In this document: positions 1 to 13,449 of the stretch, piece by piece
Layout: each line of letters opens with the position of its first letter
Numbering within the stretch: the stretch's first letter is position 1
Assembly (NCBI RefSeq): GCF_023055435.1
Contig: NW_025964334.1
Location: forward strand, 49,972,001-50,036,000
Direction of reading: 5' to 3'
Length of the DNA stretch: 64,000 nucleotides
Source of the DNA: Haliotis rufescens
Taxonomy: Eukaryota
Program-made: the position numbers and the translations under genes
The notes under the pieces: generated by a model
Database searches by the model: none
Told to the model about the DNA's origin: nothing
What the model saw: the letters and a program-made list of their open reading frames with translations, nothing else

Positions 1-156
1 TTTTAACTGAAGTCATCATGTACGACTGACATTGATTGTGAAATATAATGGGAGAAACAAACATGAAGAGACAACGACCACCCTTTTCACATGTTCTGAG
101 AAGAGAGTAGATATATGGCCTTAAAAACCTTCTTGTGTTCAATTTCTCTTATATAT

Positions 157-473
157 CTCAATGATAAAAGCATGGGGCAGAACTATATTCATGTTATCGA
201 TAAAATTCAAATTTACTATCCCCACTTATATAGTTTATCATATCATGATCCTTGAACAAGTTATGATATACCTATATTGGTTTATTTATTTATGGGAAAT
301 TGAACGAACTTCAGACTCAATGATAAAAGCATGGGACAGCACTAAATTCATGTTATCGATAAAATTATAATTTACAATCCCTACTTATAGTTTATCATAT
401 CATAATCATTGAACCACTTATAATATACCTATATTGTTTTATAAATTTAAAGGGAAATTGAACGAACTTCAGA
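157..473. repeat. Two-copy tandem duplication, period 159 bp
   Basis: ctcaatgataaaagcatggg...gaacgaacttcaga occurs at 157-315 and again, diverged, at 316-473. Confidence 0.9.
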
Positions 474-951
474 TTTCATTGCAAGTGTATGTCACGAATA
501 TATTTTTACAGAAAATCTTGTTTATGACTAACAATGATTTTAACAATTAGCAACGTCATGATTATACGTGTCCTTATAACAAAGTAGACACAATTTACAG
601 ATAACTTCTTTATTTTACTGTACGATAAGATTAATTTTGTAATTTTATCGTCAAAGTAAGTGTCTTTATAATGAGATCGATTTGCATACGAATACAACAT
701 TTGAAAATGTAAACATACGGCCGCATCATAAATATATAGAAACGGCTCTTTTTGTGGGAAGATTCATGCCATTTAAATGACATAATTTTGTCACAGTGAA
801 CATAAAGACCTTTTATTCTTTATGTGATATAGAGTTATATACATATCTTACTTCGATGAAGGGCGGTCGGGTAGCCTAGTGGTTTAAGCGTTCGATCGTC
901 ACGCCGAAGACCAGGGTTTGATTCCCGACATGGGTAAAATGTGTGAAGCCC

Positions 952-3323
952 TGTTACGACGTAAATTGTAATAAAAAGGTAAATTGTAATACTTGCAGCA
1001 AATTGTGATAATTTTGACGTAAATTGTAATAACAACGTAAATTGTAATAATATTTGACGTAAATTGTAATACGCAAATTGTAATAAAAATTGACGTAAAT
1101 TGTAATAATCTCTACTTGCGGTAAAATGTAATAAATTCTTACGTAAATTGTAATAACCTTGCTACCGTAGTGTCCAAGACGCCAATTGACTAGAAATGAT
1201 CTTTGTCAGTTGACCTTGCGTTTCACATGTACAATTCGAGAAATACTGTCACAGTGTATGATGACAAACGTACAAAACTGTTAAGTTAGGGATGGTTGGT
1301 ATAGATTTTATCGTACACTCGTCATTAAAGGGTGGTGTCAACATAGTGAAAGAAATTTATTGGAAGTGATGTGATGTTTGTGGCATGCTATCATCTACGT
1401 AGAAGATACTTTCATCTACGTATATGATAGTATCTTCTACGTAGATGATAGTATGCCATCTAGATACTATCGTCCACTTACATACTTTCATCTACGTACA
1501 TGATACTGTCATCTAGAGTATGTAGAAGTGCAGTCATATATGTGATACCAATGACAGAGCTCACATTTACTGTCATTACATANNNNNNNNNNNNNNNNNN
1601 NNNNNNNNNNNNNNNNNNNNNNNNNNNNNNNNNNNNNNNNNNNNNNNNNNNNNNNNNNNNNNNNNNNNNNNNNNNNNNNNNNNNNNNNNNNNNNNNNNNN
1701 NNNNNNNNNNNGTGTGTATGTGTTTGTATGTATATGTGTGTGTGTTGCTGTGTATATGTGTGTTTGTGTGTATGTATGTATATGTGTGCTTGTGTGTGTG
1801 TATGTGTGTGTGTGTATACTGATGAGGGCATAGTATTGGAGATAAATATAATTTGATTTCTAACTTAGTCACTATTCTTTCCATTGGAATGTTAAGAAGG
1901 TATGCTATAATTTCAATATTTTATTGATGTTAGCTTGAATTATTTTAATCCTCTTAAACCCCCATAGAAGATTATCCTCTGAGGTAATTTTTGTCCGTAT
2001 ATATGTCACAAATTAGTGATAACTTATGAAAAACGTAATTATCTGTTTCGAAAATTATGTACCGCATTATACGTGAGGTACCAAATTTGGTATCAAGGTT
2101 GCTTGGCGCAATCCACCAACGATTGCCGAGTTTAATGATCTTAGAATACTCTTCGTATAAGGTCAAAGAGAATATTTACGTAAGTGACAAAACCCTTTTC
2201 ATTATAGATTTTCAATCCTTTCAATTTTGATTAAAACAGATTTATTTCAGCAATAATTGATTGCAACATTCTGATGCTCTTTGAAGCTCAACAAGACATG
2301 CCCGAAGATACCGGATATTATTTGTGTATGCTTTGAATTATGATTTCGTGCCGTTATCATGATGGATTCTGTTTTTGTTGTTGGGGCAAGGAGTTATTAT
2401 CCCAGCAAAAGTTGTTAGTAAGTTGTTGTTAGTTCTTCATGACATATGAAAGGAATCCAGACAGTTACATTTATTCATTTATTTCATTAAATATACTTCT
2501 TCCTATGAAAGGAAATATTTTTCTGTTATATTAATGATCCATATGTTAATCATACATTGCTAAAAATATTGCATAAGTTAACATGGTTTGTATTTATTTA
2601 TTATTATTTCTTTATCTGTGAGAAGTTCACAGAGATCGAGAATACACGATATATAGTAGTATATGCAATGTAGGTAAAGAATATCCACGCCCCTCTTTTG
2701 ATATTAATATAAACATTGTACATAATGTTATGTATTAAGTATTCTTCTTTCCCATGCATGGGAAATCTATGCTGCATTCGCTGACGACTGTTTTATTTCA
2801 TTTGACATTGCACAGGAGATCTGTCACAAATTTGTTGTATTTGAATTCTTCGTCAAAATATAATACAAAACACACAGAGTATCTCTCAAATAAATAAGAA
2901 AACTAAGTTCATTCTAGAAATTAATCCTCTTCTGGACAACCATAGAAATGAAATTCCAATGCGTTTATATATACATATAATTATACAACGATGTACGATA
3001 ACGACCTCAATCCTCCCCCACACCCATACTTTAATGACGATTGTACGATAAACCCTGTACCAACTCTGACAAGGATAGGTTCTAGTCATTTAACGCCTTT
3101 GACACTAAACTTATAAGGTTATTACAATTTACGTAAAAAGTTATTACATTTTACCGCAAGTGGAGATTATTACAATTTACGTCAATTTTTATTACAATTT
3201 GCGTATTACAATTTACGTCAAATTTTATTACAATTTACGTTGTTATTACAATTTGCGTCAAAATTATTACAATTTGCTGCAAGTATTACAATTTACCTTT
3301 TTATTACAATTTACGTCGTAACA
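952..3323. mobile_element. Non-autonomous long-TIR DNA transposon with TGT...ACA ends (Ginger2/TDD-like)
   Basis: ~209-bp TIRs (952-1160, 3115-3323) built from acgtaaattgtaat subrepeats. 5-bp near-perfect TSD agccc/agcca. No recognisable transposase. Superfamily assignment is inferred from the termini and TSD only. Confidence 0.8.
1583..1711. other. Assembly gap (Ns) followed by a degenerate (GT/AT)n microsatellite to ~1817
   Basis: Run of n characters. Confidence 0.99.
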
Positions 3324-3502
3324 AGCCAATTTCTGGTGTCCCCCGCCGTGATATTGCTGGAATATTGCTAAACGCGGCGTAAAACCATACTCACGCACTC
3401 ACTACTTCGATGAAACAACACGAATAATGTTGAAGTGTCCGAAGTAGTGTAATTAGCAGTCACAATTACACACAACCTGCCAGGGTGCTACTTAACTGAT
3501 GA

Positions 3503-3910
3503 GACCCCTGAAGATCCGGGGTAGAAAAGGTCTTCAGCAACCCATGCTTGCCGTAAAAGGCGACTATGCTTGTCGTAACAGGCGACTAACGGGAAAGAGC
3601 GGTCAGGCGGTTCCTGACTTGGTTGATGTATGTCATCGTATCCTTGTTTGTTTATTTGTTGTTTAACGCCGCACTCAGCAATATTCCAGCTATGTGACGG
3701 CGGTCTGTAAATAAACGAGTCTGGACCAGACAGTCCAGTGATTGACACCATGAGCATCGATCGACAAAATTGGGATATATGACATGCATCAACCAAGTCA
3801 GCGAGCCTGACCACCCGATCCCGTTAGTCGCCTTTTACGACAAGCATAGTCGCCTTTTACGGCAAGCATGGGTTGCTGAAGACTTATTCTACCCAGGATC
3901 TTCACGGGTC
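3503..3910. mobile_element. Two family-B SINE-like copies in opposite orientation (3503-3642 +, 5' half; 3644-3910 -, full length)
   Basis: Head gacccc/gtgaagatccggggtagaa is present at both outer ends; (aaac)n tail at ~3644-3665. Confidence 0.9.
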
Positions 3911-4631
3911 TCGATGACATGTAATTAACTTCGTCACCGATGTTCGTGCACCGGATTCATTAAGTCGTCTTTTACCACAAGGTTGAACCCATTCTTACCT
4001 GAACACTATGATATTTGTGACATTTAAACATCAAAGGTAATTACAGTTCATGACCCTGCATATTCTGGTCACAACATACTCCCTCTGCCTTACGTAATGT
4101 ATTCATTCACACGACCGAGTCACAATAATATGGCAATGCAATCATCCATTGTCATGAGCGGAAACATTCCGCGTCGGTGTAAGCAGTTAATGGCATCTGG
4201 GATCGAATTGCACGGTGACGGGGAGAACTATCCCATCAGTGACTATCCAATCCTCGAAGTTCTATTCCTATATGGAAAACAGGTTTGGAGTGAGTGCAGA
4301 TTGTGGTCGCAATCAGCAATATTCCGGTCACTGATACGAAACGATAGGTTGGGTGCATTAACAATAATACATGCTGCTGAGGTCAGTCAGGTCACGTTTA
4401 GCTGCATGATTGGTTGGTTTGTTGTTTAACGCCGCACTCCTGCGTTGTTCCTGCGTAAATTCTGTAACAAAATTAGCATTCCAGTCAATCAATTAAAACT
4501 TTTACCTGTGTACCGCGAAGGCCATTGACCTATAGTACATGATAATACAAATCCGTATATGAGTTCAGTCTTATCACTGCGAAATGAGCTTTTTTCTATG
4601 CAATATCCAACAGATACTAGTAATAATTATA

Positions 4632-4900
4632 GTTGGTTGGTTGGTTGGTTTGTTGTTTAACGCCGCATTCAGCAATATTCCAGCTATATGACGGCGGTCT
4701 GTAAATAATCGAGTCTGAACCAGTGATTATTATCATGAGCATCGATCCACGCAATTGGGATCGATGACATGCATCAACCAAGTCAGCGAGCCTGACCACC
4801 CGATCCCGTTGGTCGCCTTTTACGACAAGCATAGTCAATCACCTTTTACGGCAAGCATGGGTTGCTGAAGATCTATTCTACCCTGGAATCTTCACGGGTC
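4632..4900 (-). mobile_element. Family-B SINE-like element (non-tRNA head)
   Basis: Full head to (aacc)n tail; matches the other copies. Confidence 0.9.
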
Positions 4901-5594
4901 AGAAGTCGACTCTCACAACATAAGATACTACTGATAGACCTAATTTACCCCCAGAATCCCCGTGGAGTTTACCGTGAATGCGAAGACGTGATGAAGTGCA
5001 AGATGTTAATAGAATACCTATCATTTGACAAATTCATTTAATTTTAACCGAAAGCAAAGTCTTTACTTCTATTTTCTATGATGTGAATACATCTTTTACC
5101 TAACTGTCAGTAATATTCAAGCAAAAGAGTGGCATAATCCGAGTATGCGCCATGCAAACCATTGAATGACATCATAAGTAACGACCCACGCTGTTAGGGT
5201 ACGATGATATACAATCAGCCAGGTCTGACGTCGTAACACCCCCCACCCCACTCCTAGGGCAAGGCATTTTGGACTTTCTAGGAGAAGGAGTGGGTGCCTT
5301 TCTAGGAGGAGTGAGTAAGAATTGAACTACGCATTGGCAAAATTACAGCCATAAAGCGAGAATATGTAAACTAAGGACACAAAACAGGTTTGACACTACA
5401 CAAATCTTTTTTTAAAAGTTTATTTTCATTTTAACAGGAAAAATTTATCATCCGCTTCCCACGTTCCGTTCAAAGATAAGGGTCCGTCTAATCTGAATGA
5501 TGCTGAACATACAATGGCATTTTGTAAAATACACTTTCCGTTGTCTCACAGATATCTAATAATGTTATGAACACTCAACGCTACGTTTGGTGAC

Positions 5595-8500
5595 TCAAAG
5601 CACTTGGACTGAGCCTTTGTATCTGTCTTCAAATATCGACCCAGCCATCTTCTGTCTATATACATTCTCAAATTCTTCATACTGTTTGACCGTGAACACT
5701 TCCTTCCAACCACCCACTGAACCTATCAATACAAAAGAAAAAGCGAGAAAGTGTAAATACAACATATACAGAAATAAATATGTCCAAACCACATCTGATG
5801 GAATCAGTCAGAATAAAGTGAGTTTGTGATTAACTCTACCATCCAGTCATGTGATTCAATGGTTCCATGAGATTGCAACTGCGCATGCGCAGACCCGTGC
5901 AACCTCGTGTCGTAGATGCGACAACACTAAAATATCTCACTTGGGATACATTTCGTTCTCCGATTTTGTTTTTTTGTGAGGTTATTTGGTTGACAATTAC
6001 TCAGTTTATTGCAGTTCCCGAGTTGATCGTATTTATAGCAGTTTCACCGTTGGCAGACCGTGGATTTGTCATAGTTACCACTTGAATATCGTATCCACTG
6101 TATCTCGTGGTTGACCGTGTCGGCAGCCTGTATTGGGGACGGCATTCGTAACACGGTCCCCAAGGAGGACAAATCTAAATCCAAGGGAAGATCTCAAGAA
6201 AAGACTCTACGAGCTCTAAACCTCGGTTAGCTCGGAGTACCCTTAGCTAATTCCGGAACTTTGGTAACAGAAATATCACTTATGCTCAACAAACTAAAGA
6301 AAGTATGTGGGGGGCTTTCGCAACTGGGGACATCTTTCAAATTAGTGGAACAGAAAATTGACAATCAACAAGTTAACCCCTGTAGAGAGAATGATTACTT
6401 TCCGGATTGTGAGTTGTGCAGATGTGGAGATGATTCCGAGGGACTGTGTGCTCACGCCTGGGACATTTTACAGTGCCCAAGAAAGATGTGCTTAGAAAAT
6501 GTGTTCAACCTCGCAGGATTCTTGTATTACATATGGGGAGGATGAATTCTCTAAGTTTAGACAAATTCTCGGACTCACTGAGGGATGGATAGTCTGAGCC
6601 TATTGACCCCGAGTAAGCAGACATCATCAAAGTTTTGTTTGTTTGAAAACTTCTCCTGATGGCGACAAACCCAATAAAGAGCGTATAAAATCGTTCCGCA
6701 AACCCGAGAACTGAGATGGGCTTAACGTTCCGGAATTAAACACGATTTTGTGGGATAACATATCTGGATACTCACGGAATATTGAAAAAGCCCTTAATAT
6801 ACACTTGCCACTGGGTTGGTTAAAAGTGCGACGGCAGTATCCCCTGATTTGGACATCCTATTTTGGTCTGAACTGTATAAACAAACTTTTTAGCGCAACA
6901 CCTGGAAACGACGAACAGGTAAAATTAAGGCCGAATTGCGAGATTTGTTTACATCTTTGGGATTTTAGGACTATCCCCAGAATCGGCAAGAGATCGTCCA
7001 CAGCCTATTACAGGCGATCGTATGGTGCCAAGCAACGCGAGGCAATACTATGGGAATAGTCACCAAGGCAGAGGTAGACCTACCATAGACAGCAGGTTTT
7101 TTCAGGAAACCTTCCTCCCAGATTCCAGAGGAAAAACAGCCCGGGGGAGACAAAGGGAAATAATTACAGTCCACAAGATCAGTGAGTAAGATCACATTTG
7201 TCAGGAAATCTGAACATGAGAACGCAACAGGAATAAGTGTAGCCCTTATCTAGCCAACTCAGACGTGGTTCACCCATCTGCTTTCACTTCCCGTTGACAG
7301 GAGGCGCCACGGGTGGCCCGGTCGTCTATGGCGCCGCGATTCGCTGTGCAGAGTTGCGTCCCTTGGGCACGCCAGAAACTTATGATTGTAGGTTCGAAAC
7401 CCGGTTCGCCCCGATTATGTTTCTGTTTGTCAGCACCATACCCGTGCTCGTGGGTTTCACCGAAGTGGTAAACGTCCGAGACCTGCATCAATTCAGGCTT
7501 TCCTCCCACATTAAGCTGACACGCCTTGATATAACTGGAATACTGTTAACAGCGGCGTTAAACACAACTCACTCACTCACTCACTCTTGTTGACAGGCCA
7601 AGGGAAATAACTGATGCCAGGAGCAAGCTATTTCTATCTGGGAATCGAAAACCCTCAGATCAAGAATCTGCGCCTTGCAGCTGTCATGGCGTCAGCCGTG
7701 CCTGAGAGAACAGTGGCATCTCAACAGACGTTATCGAAGTTCTGTGGAACTCGTGGAAACCAAGTACCAGAAAGCAATACAAATCATTTTGGGACAGATG
7801 GTAGTCAGAGGCAGCCAAGATGTTCTGTTTGAGGGCATTGGTGAACACCCTGTGATTGTTAGATTTCTGAAAGATGTGTTCTTATCCAGACTAGTTACAC
7901 CCAGATAATCAGAACTTTGGAATGTTAGACCTGTTTTAATTTTCTCAGGAAGCTTTCACGCTGAAAAGACTTTCGGTGAAGTAAGTAATATTGTTGTCAT
8001 TGGTTACAGTCCAGTGGGGCCAGACTCTTTCATTTCTTAACATTGGAGGGATTGTTGCCACTACATAAACTGCCCACTGTACCAGAGCAGCCTCAGCCAC
8101 AGCTATGCACAAGTTGCGTTTTACAGTTGGATAAATCCTCGTCAATGCTAGGTGGAGTTCAGAGCGAACGTTTGCAAAATACTTCAAAGAACCTGTCTGT
8201 TTCTGTTCTTTGTCCCCTTTATTGGGTAAGAGTCGTGTTGTTTAAAGTTTCAACAGATTAGCAGCTTTGAAGTCTCTTGGAACCCCAGAATCCATGACTG
8301 GATGGAAGAATTAGTAAATTAAAGGATACTTAAGTTGAACTTTGATTGGAATTCTTCTAGCCAGCCAGGAGTGATGAAAGAGTAACGTGCCCACTCAAGG
8401 TTCCCCTCCCTTGGTCCTTTTGTGTATTGCCAATATGTCAAATCTTCCCTTTGACGTCTGTTTGACGCATGCGCAGTTGAAATTTCATGTTACCCCTTTG

Positions 8501-11500
8501 TCACTCCTGACTGGCAGATATAATTTCAATCAAACCTCAACTTTCAGGTAAGTCTTGTATAATTTATTACTTAACGCCATAGGGGCGGTCGGGTAGCCTA
8601 GTGGTTAAAGCGTTCGCTCGTCACGCCGAAGACCCGGGTTCGATTCCCGACATGGGTACAATGTGTGAAGCCCATTTGTGGTGTCCCCCGCCGTGATATT
8701 GCTGGAATATTGCTAAAAGCGGCGTTAAACCATACTCACTCACTCACTTAACGCCATATCAGCAATCTTGGAGCTAATCACAGCGATACCAAATGTAAAG
8801 CGTTCTGTTGCTCTGTATCTATGGAAATTATCCACTTACAGGTAAGTCTTGTTTAATTTATTACTTAACGCCGTATCAGCAATCTTGGAGCTAATCACAG
8901 CGATACCAAATGTAAAGCGTTCTGTTGCTCTGTATCTATGGAAATTATCCATATGTATTGTCTGTATTCTCTGTAATATATACTCATAGTATGAACGTGT
9001 AATGATGCAAATATTCTATTGGTAGCATTAATGTAGTCATATACAGCCTCGACCAAAATCGACCTGAATGAAGGAAACATATTCCACCATTTAGACACCA
9101 GCCGCTCTCCCAACCCCCCTCCTTCCCCTTAACCCTTGATGTACCTTTCCTATACACCTACCCTTGTGATAGTGACTGTTTTTGCCACCCATGAGCCACT
9201 CGTATGGAAGTTTGTCCTTCCGCATTCTCTCCAGGTGACACTTGTCGACTACCGCACGTAGAAGGTCTTCATTTACCCGAATGCAGAGAAACTCAGCTAG
9301 CTTGCGCAACTCGTCCACTGGATTCTGAAAATTCCACAAATGCCAGTGATAAAAACAGTTTAACTGAATATTATCAAAATACAATAAAATCATGACTCAA
9401 CAGTTTGTTTACCACATGGTGTCAGATCCCTCACTGGTCCCGGGAGCGCCGCCATGCTTTTTTTCCTCCTGATCAGATGTGACTCTCGTGGGACGGAACC
9501 ACAGCAAACGCTTCAGACAGCCAAAACATTCAATGTTAGGAAATCTCACTTTTGTGATATATGGCACACTGTTCCAACAAGAAATGGATGTGTGATTTGT
9601 TTGGAGAGAACATCAACCATATTAAGATTTTTATTCAGAAATACCATAAGATTAATAGTATTTTACGAGTACATTATCCATAAACTAAGTTTCCGATCCT
9701 CCGGAACTAGTGCTTAAAATTGTGATATCTTACTTTTTTCATGTCTTCGTAATACCAGAAATAGACATCCAGGTTGGGGTGTTTGGGCAGTTCACGCTCC
9801 CAGTCTCTCACATAGTCAAACCAACTTCCCCAGTCCACTGCAAACATAACATGAGGTCAACTTCAGTTATAACAGATATTTCAAACGGGGCAATTAATAC
9901 ATATTTTTCAAACATGTCAGTAGGTTTATATTTGTAGATTCTCATATCGACGTTGTTTGACTAGTACTCATTCTCGAATATCTACCGAAACAGATCACTT
10001 GAACGTAAAAGGCAAGATATTGGTGCAAATTGGTTGGATTGATCACTGAAAATCATTGATGACATGTGTTCGCGAAAAAAGGTGAGCTGTGCTTTTCCAC
10101 TGGTAGAAAATTCATTAACACATTCCAAGTTGCATTAGTGTTCTGATCACAAGAAGGATAAAAACGTTTTTGCTCAGACAATTTATATTTTATTTGGCGC
10201 CTGTTTCTTGCGATCGTGGGATCCTTAAGGGAGTCATGTGGAAAAGGTTTTCAAGGTATGCTGTTCATACGGGTTCGTGATAGAATCGCATCTAAATGGC
10301 CAATTCCCTTTCACTGATTTACCCACCTGAACTAGGCGTAATCGAGTCCGGCGACAGTTTCATATTTCATATCTATGCATGAAGATTCAGAGTGACATTA
10401 TTGTCTCCATACGACTGCATGATAAGAGAGATGACTTTTCACAACTTATGAGGTACAAACGAGTTTGCTCTTTCCACCAGGATTTCAAAGAGTGTCATAC
10501 GACTCTTGCACAGGAGTTGTTTGATCAGGAGTTCAACATTCAAGACCTTGGTTGGCTGGTTGGTTGGCTGGTTTGTTGTTTAACACCGCACTCAGCAATA
10601 TTCCAGCTATATGACGGCGGTCTGTATATAATCAAGTCTGGACCAGACAATTCAGTGAATGACATCATGAGCATCGATCCACGCAATTGGGATCGATGAC
10701 TTGCATTAACCAAGTCAGCGAGCCTGACCACCCAATCCCGTTAGTCGGCTTTTACGACAAGCAGAGTCACCTTTTACGGCAAGCATGGGTTGCTGAAGAC
10801 CTATTCTACCCCGGAATCTTCACGGGTCCCATTCAAGATCTGTATAAGTATCTAAGAATGTTTGTGATAGACATGTCGAGGACATATCCAAAGTTGACCA
10901 GTGACCAAAGTGATGTCCAATGCCATGCCCTATTTTGCCTTGTACCATTTGTTCCCGTTTTCTTTTCAAGCGATCAATTGACTTGCCTTTGCATGTATTT
11001 GTGACGGGTGTTACTGGTGGGTCAGGGTATGCTCACTGATAGACACCTGCGATTTTCTTATGTTCATGGAAATGGTTTTGTCAATTTTATTTCATTGTTT
11101 GCTTGATAGACGAAGAAGACATGAACATGAATAAATAATTTTGTTCACTTACATTCGCCATAAATACACAGAGGAAACCAGTCTTTCCACGCCCCCTTGT
11201 ACTCATAGTGTGGAAGCAGGGTCTGCATTCTATGCCATGAAACAATGGCATCTCGAGGATCTCTTAGTAAAAACACTACTTTAATTTTCTCAGTTTTCAG
11301 GTCTTCGGGCATTTGGTGGAAGAGTAAGTGGGTGTTTAAAACTCGCGGAGAAGGTGTGTTATCCAGTGTGCTGTGAGGTACAAATTCAATCATGTCCTCT
11401 TCTTTTTTCTTTCGTATGGTTTCAGTGTTATTGTTGATAAGCATGCAGATCATTTCATATGTCCAGTGTGTGCCTGATGAAAAGAAAAGTCGGAATGTTA

Positions 11501-13408
11501 ATGGTGTTATAACATTCTAACATCCAGAGAATAACGCTGAATGGAACCATATCATAACATTCCCACAACGTATTATACACAATTAAATTATCACAATGTA
11601 AATTACAACGCTACCACCACGAAAGTACAACGTTCCCATCACCGTTGTGACGACGTGAAAGTGACGTATCACAACATTAGCCCACAACGTTATGATTACA
11701 TAAATGGGAGTCCACGATACAGCGTGTCATGCCACAACGTTGGAATACAGCTTGCATATAATAGCGATGAGAAGTGACTTTTTTATGCTGCTTTTGAAGT
11801 CTTTCATTCATCACACCAGCATGGTTGTGTTACCTAACAAAAGGACTCACCCGACACCTATCGATCAATGTTATGTGCTTGTTTGTTTGTTGTTTAACGC
11901 CGCACTCAGCAATATTCCAGCTATATGACGGCGGCAATGTTGTGAAACGCTGGGAATTGCATAAAGAATTTGAACAAATTGCAAATAGTTATACGTGCAT
12001 TTTCATCAATCTGTCGGCATTATTGGAATATTTGATGCAAGATTGATTTAAATGCACGTATGACTATTTGCAATTTGTTCAAATTCGTCATAAATTCGAA
12101 TGACGGAAAAGGAATTGGTGAATGCAATTCCCAGCGTTTCACAAGGGACAGATAATCCGTCATTCATTCTGAAGAAATTTCAGAAATCTGGAGATACCTA
12201 GATCGCAAGTGAAGACATCACCTTTAACGACGACGTCGCCTTTAACCGGCTATAACGTCATACACAATCGATGACGTATATGCATTGTAATCAAGTTCAG
12301 CTCAGTGACGGCTGATTCTGTGCCTATGTGGGTTAATATTCTTTCTTTATAAGCATGCCTATTCATGGAAAAATATAACAAAAGGAGTGTTGAACCATAC
12401 TGGATATAACCAACATTTTCCAATTGGTTGTAAATAGTAATCCATGGGCCGTATCTTTCCACGGCGAATAGTAGGCATTAGATCACCCTGTACGATACAT
12501 ATGAAAGAAACTAACATACAACTATACAAACGTTAGCAACTCATGATGCCAACATTCTGTGTACACACAGGTATTCGCAAGTCAGATTTTGATTGGAATT
12601 AACATTTACAACTAAATCATTCATAGTGTAGGTACTTGAAATAATGTCTGAAATAAATAGAATTCATTATGCATGTAGGAACAGAATATGTTATATGATA
12701 CCATTTATTTTCAATTTTCCAAAATTCATTTTTTTAAATTAAATGTAATATTATCATAAAACTGTCATTTACCGCATATATCATTACATTTGCTGATGCA
12801 GGTTAGACATGCATGTACGCTTAGATCACACGACAGGGCATTTTGACGGCACACTCTCCTTGAGAGGTGACGTGGCAGTGCTAGATTTGGAATGATCGTG
12901 TGCATGAGGGATTTCAGTTACATTCTTGAAGTAAATTATATCATCATAGTTGCTTCAAGAATGTAACTGAAATCCCTAATGCACACGATCATTCTTGAAG
13001 TTGATTATATCATCATAAGTTTTAGAGAAACCACAATGGCGTTCTCCATGAGTCTAAAATAAATTAAACCAAAGAAGAATAAGTAGTTCAGTAGCACCAA
13101 CCATCAGCCAAGTAACAACTGCGGTATTAACTAGGTGTGCTGGAAAATTGTTTTATTATTTCTGTCAGAGCACACCTCAACACATGGTTTTACTAAAAGA
13201 GTCGTTTGGTGTTTTTCATTTTAGAAGCGAGCTTAAAATCATTACAGGTGGCTGTCCCAGATTATTTTGTTTGGGCATTCACTTCTCACTATTAGAGTGT
13301 ATGAGTTGGGTTTAACGCCGCTTTTAACATTATTCCAGTTATATCACGGCGTGTCAGCTCAATGTAGGAGGAAAGCTCGAGGTGATGCAGGTCTCAGACG
13401 CCTCTCTC

Positions 13409-13449
<41 letters not shown>

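Larger units (their letters stand above)
861..3402 (+). mobile_element. tRNA-derived SINE (family A), split by a 2.4-kb insertion
   Basis: Head 861-951 (A box tagcctagtgg, B box ggtttgattccc). Body and tail resume at 3324-3402 and end in (cact)n. 12-bp TSD tacttcgatgaa at 849-860 and 3403-3414. Confidence 0.92.

Noticed and set aside
952-1160. CRISPR-like repeat array
   Set aside because: Spacers are only a few nt, the array is mirrored as a TIR at 3115-3323, the context is eukaryotic, and there are no cas genes.
3488-3814. Recurrent ORFs 'MVRLADLVDACH...YSWNIAECGVKQQ'
   Set aside because: These are chance translations of the family-B repeat; the frame is not conserved between copies.
8582-8655. 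tRNA gene (Asp-like GTC anticodon)
   Set aside because: It continues into a SINE body with tail and TSD, the acceptor stem is poor, and it is multi-copy with decay: a SINE head, not a tRNA gene.
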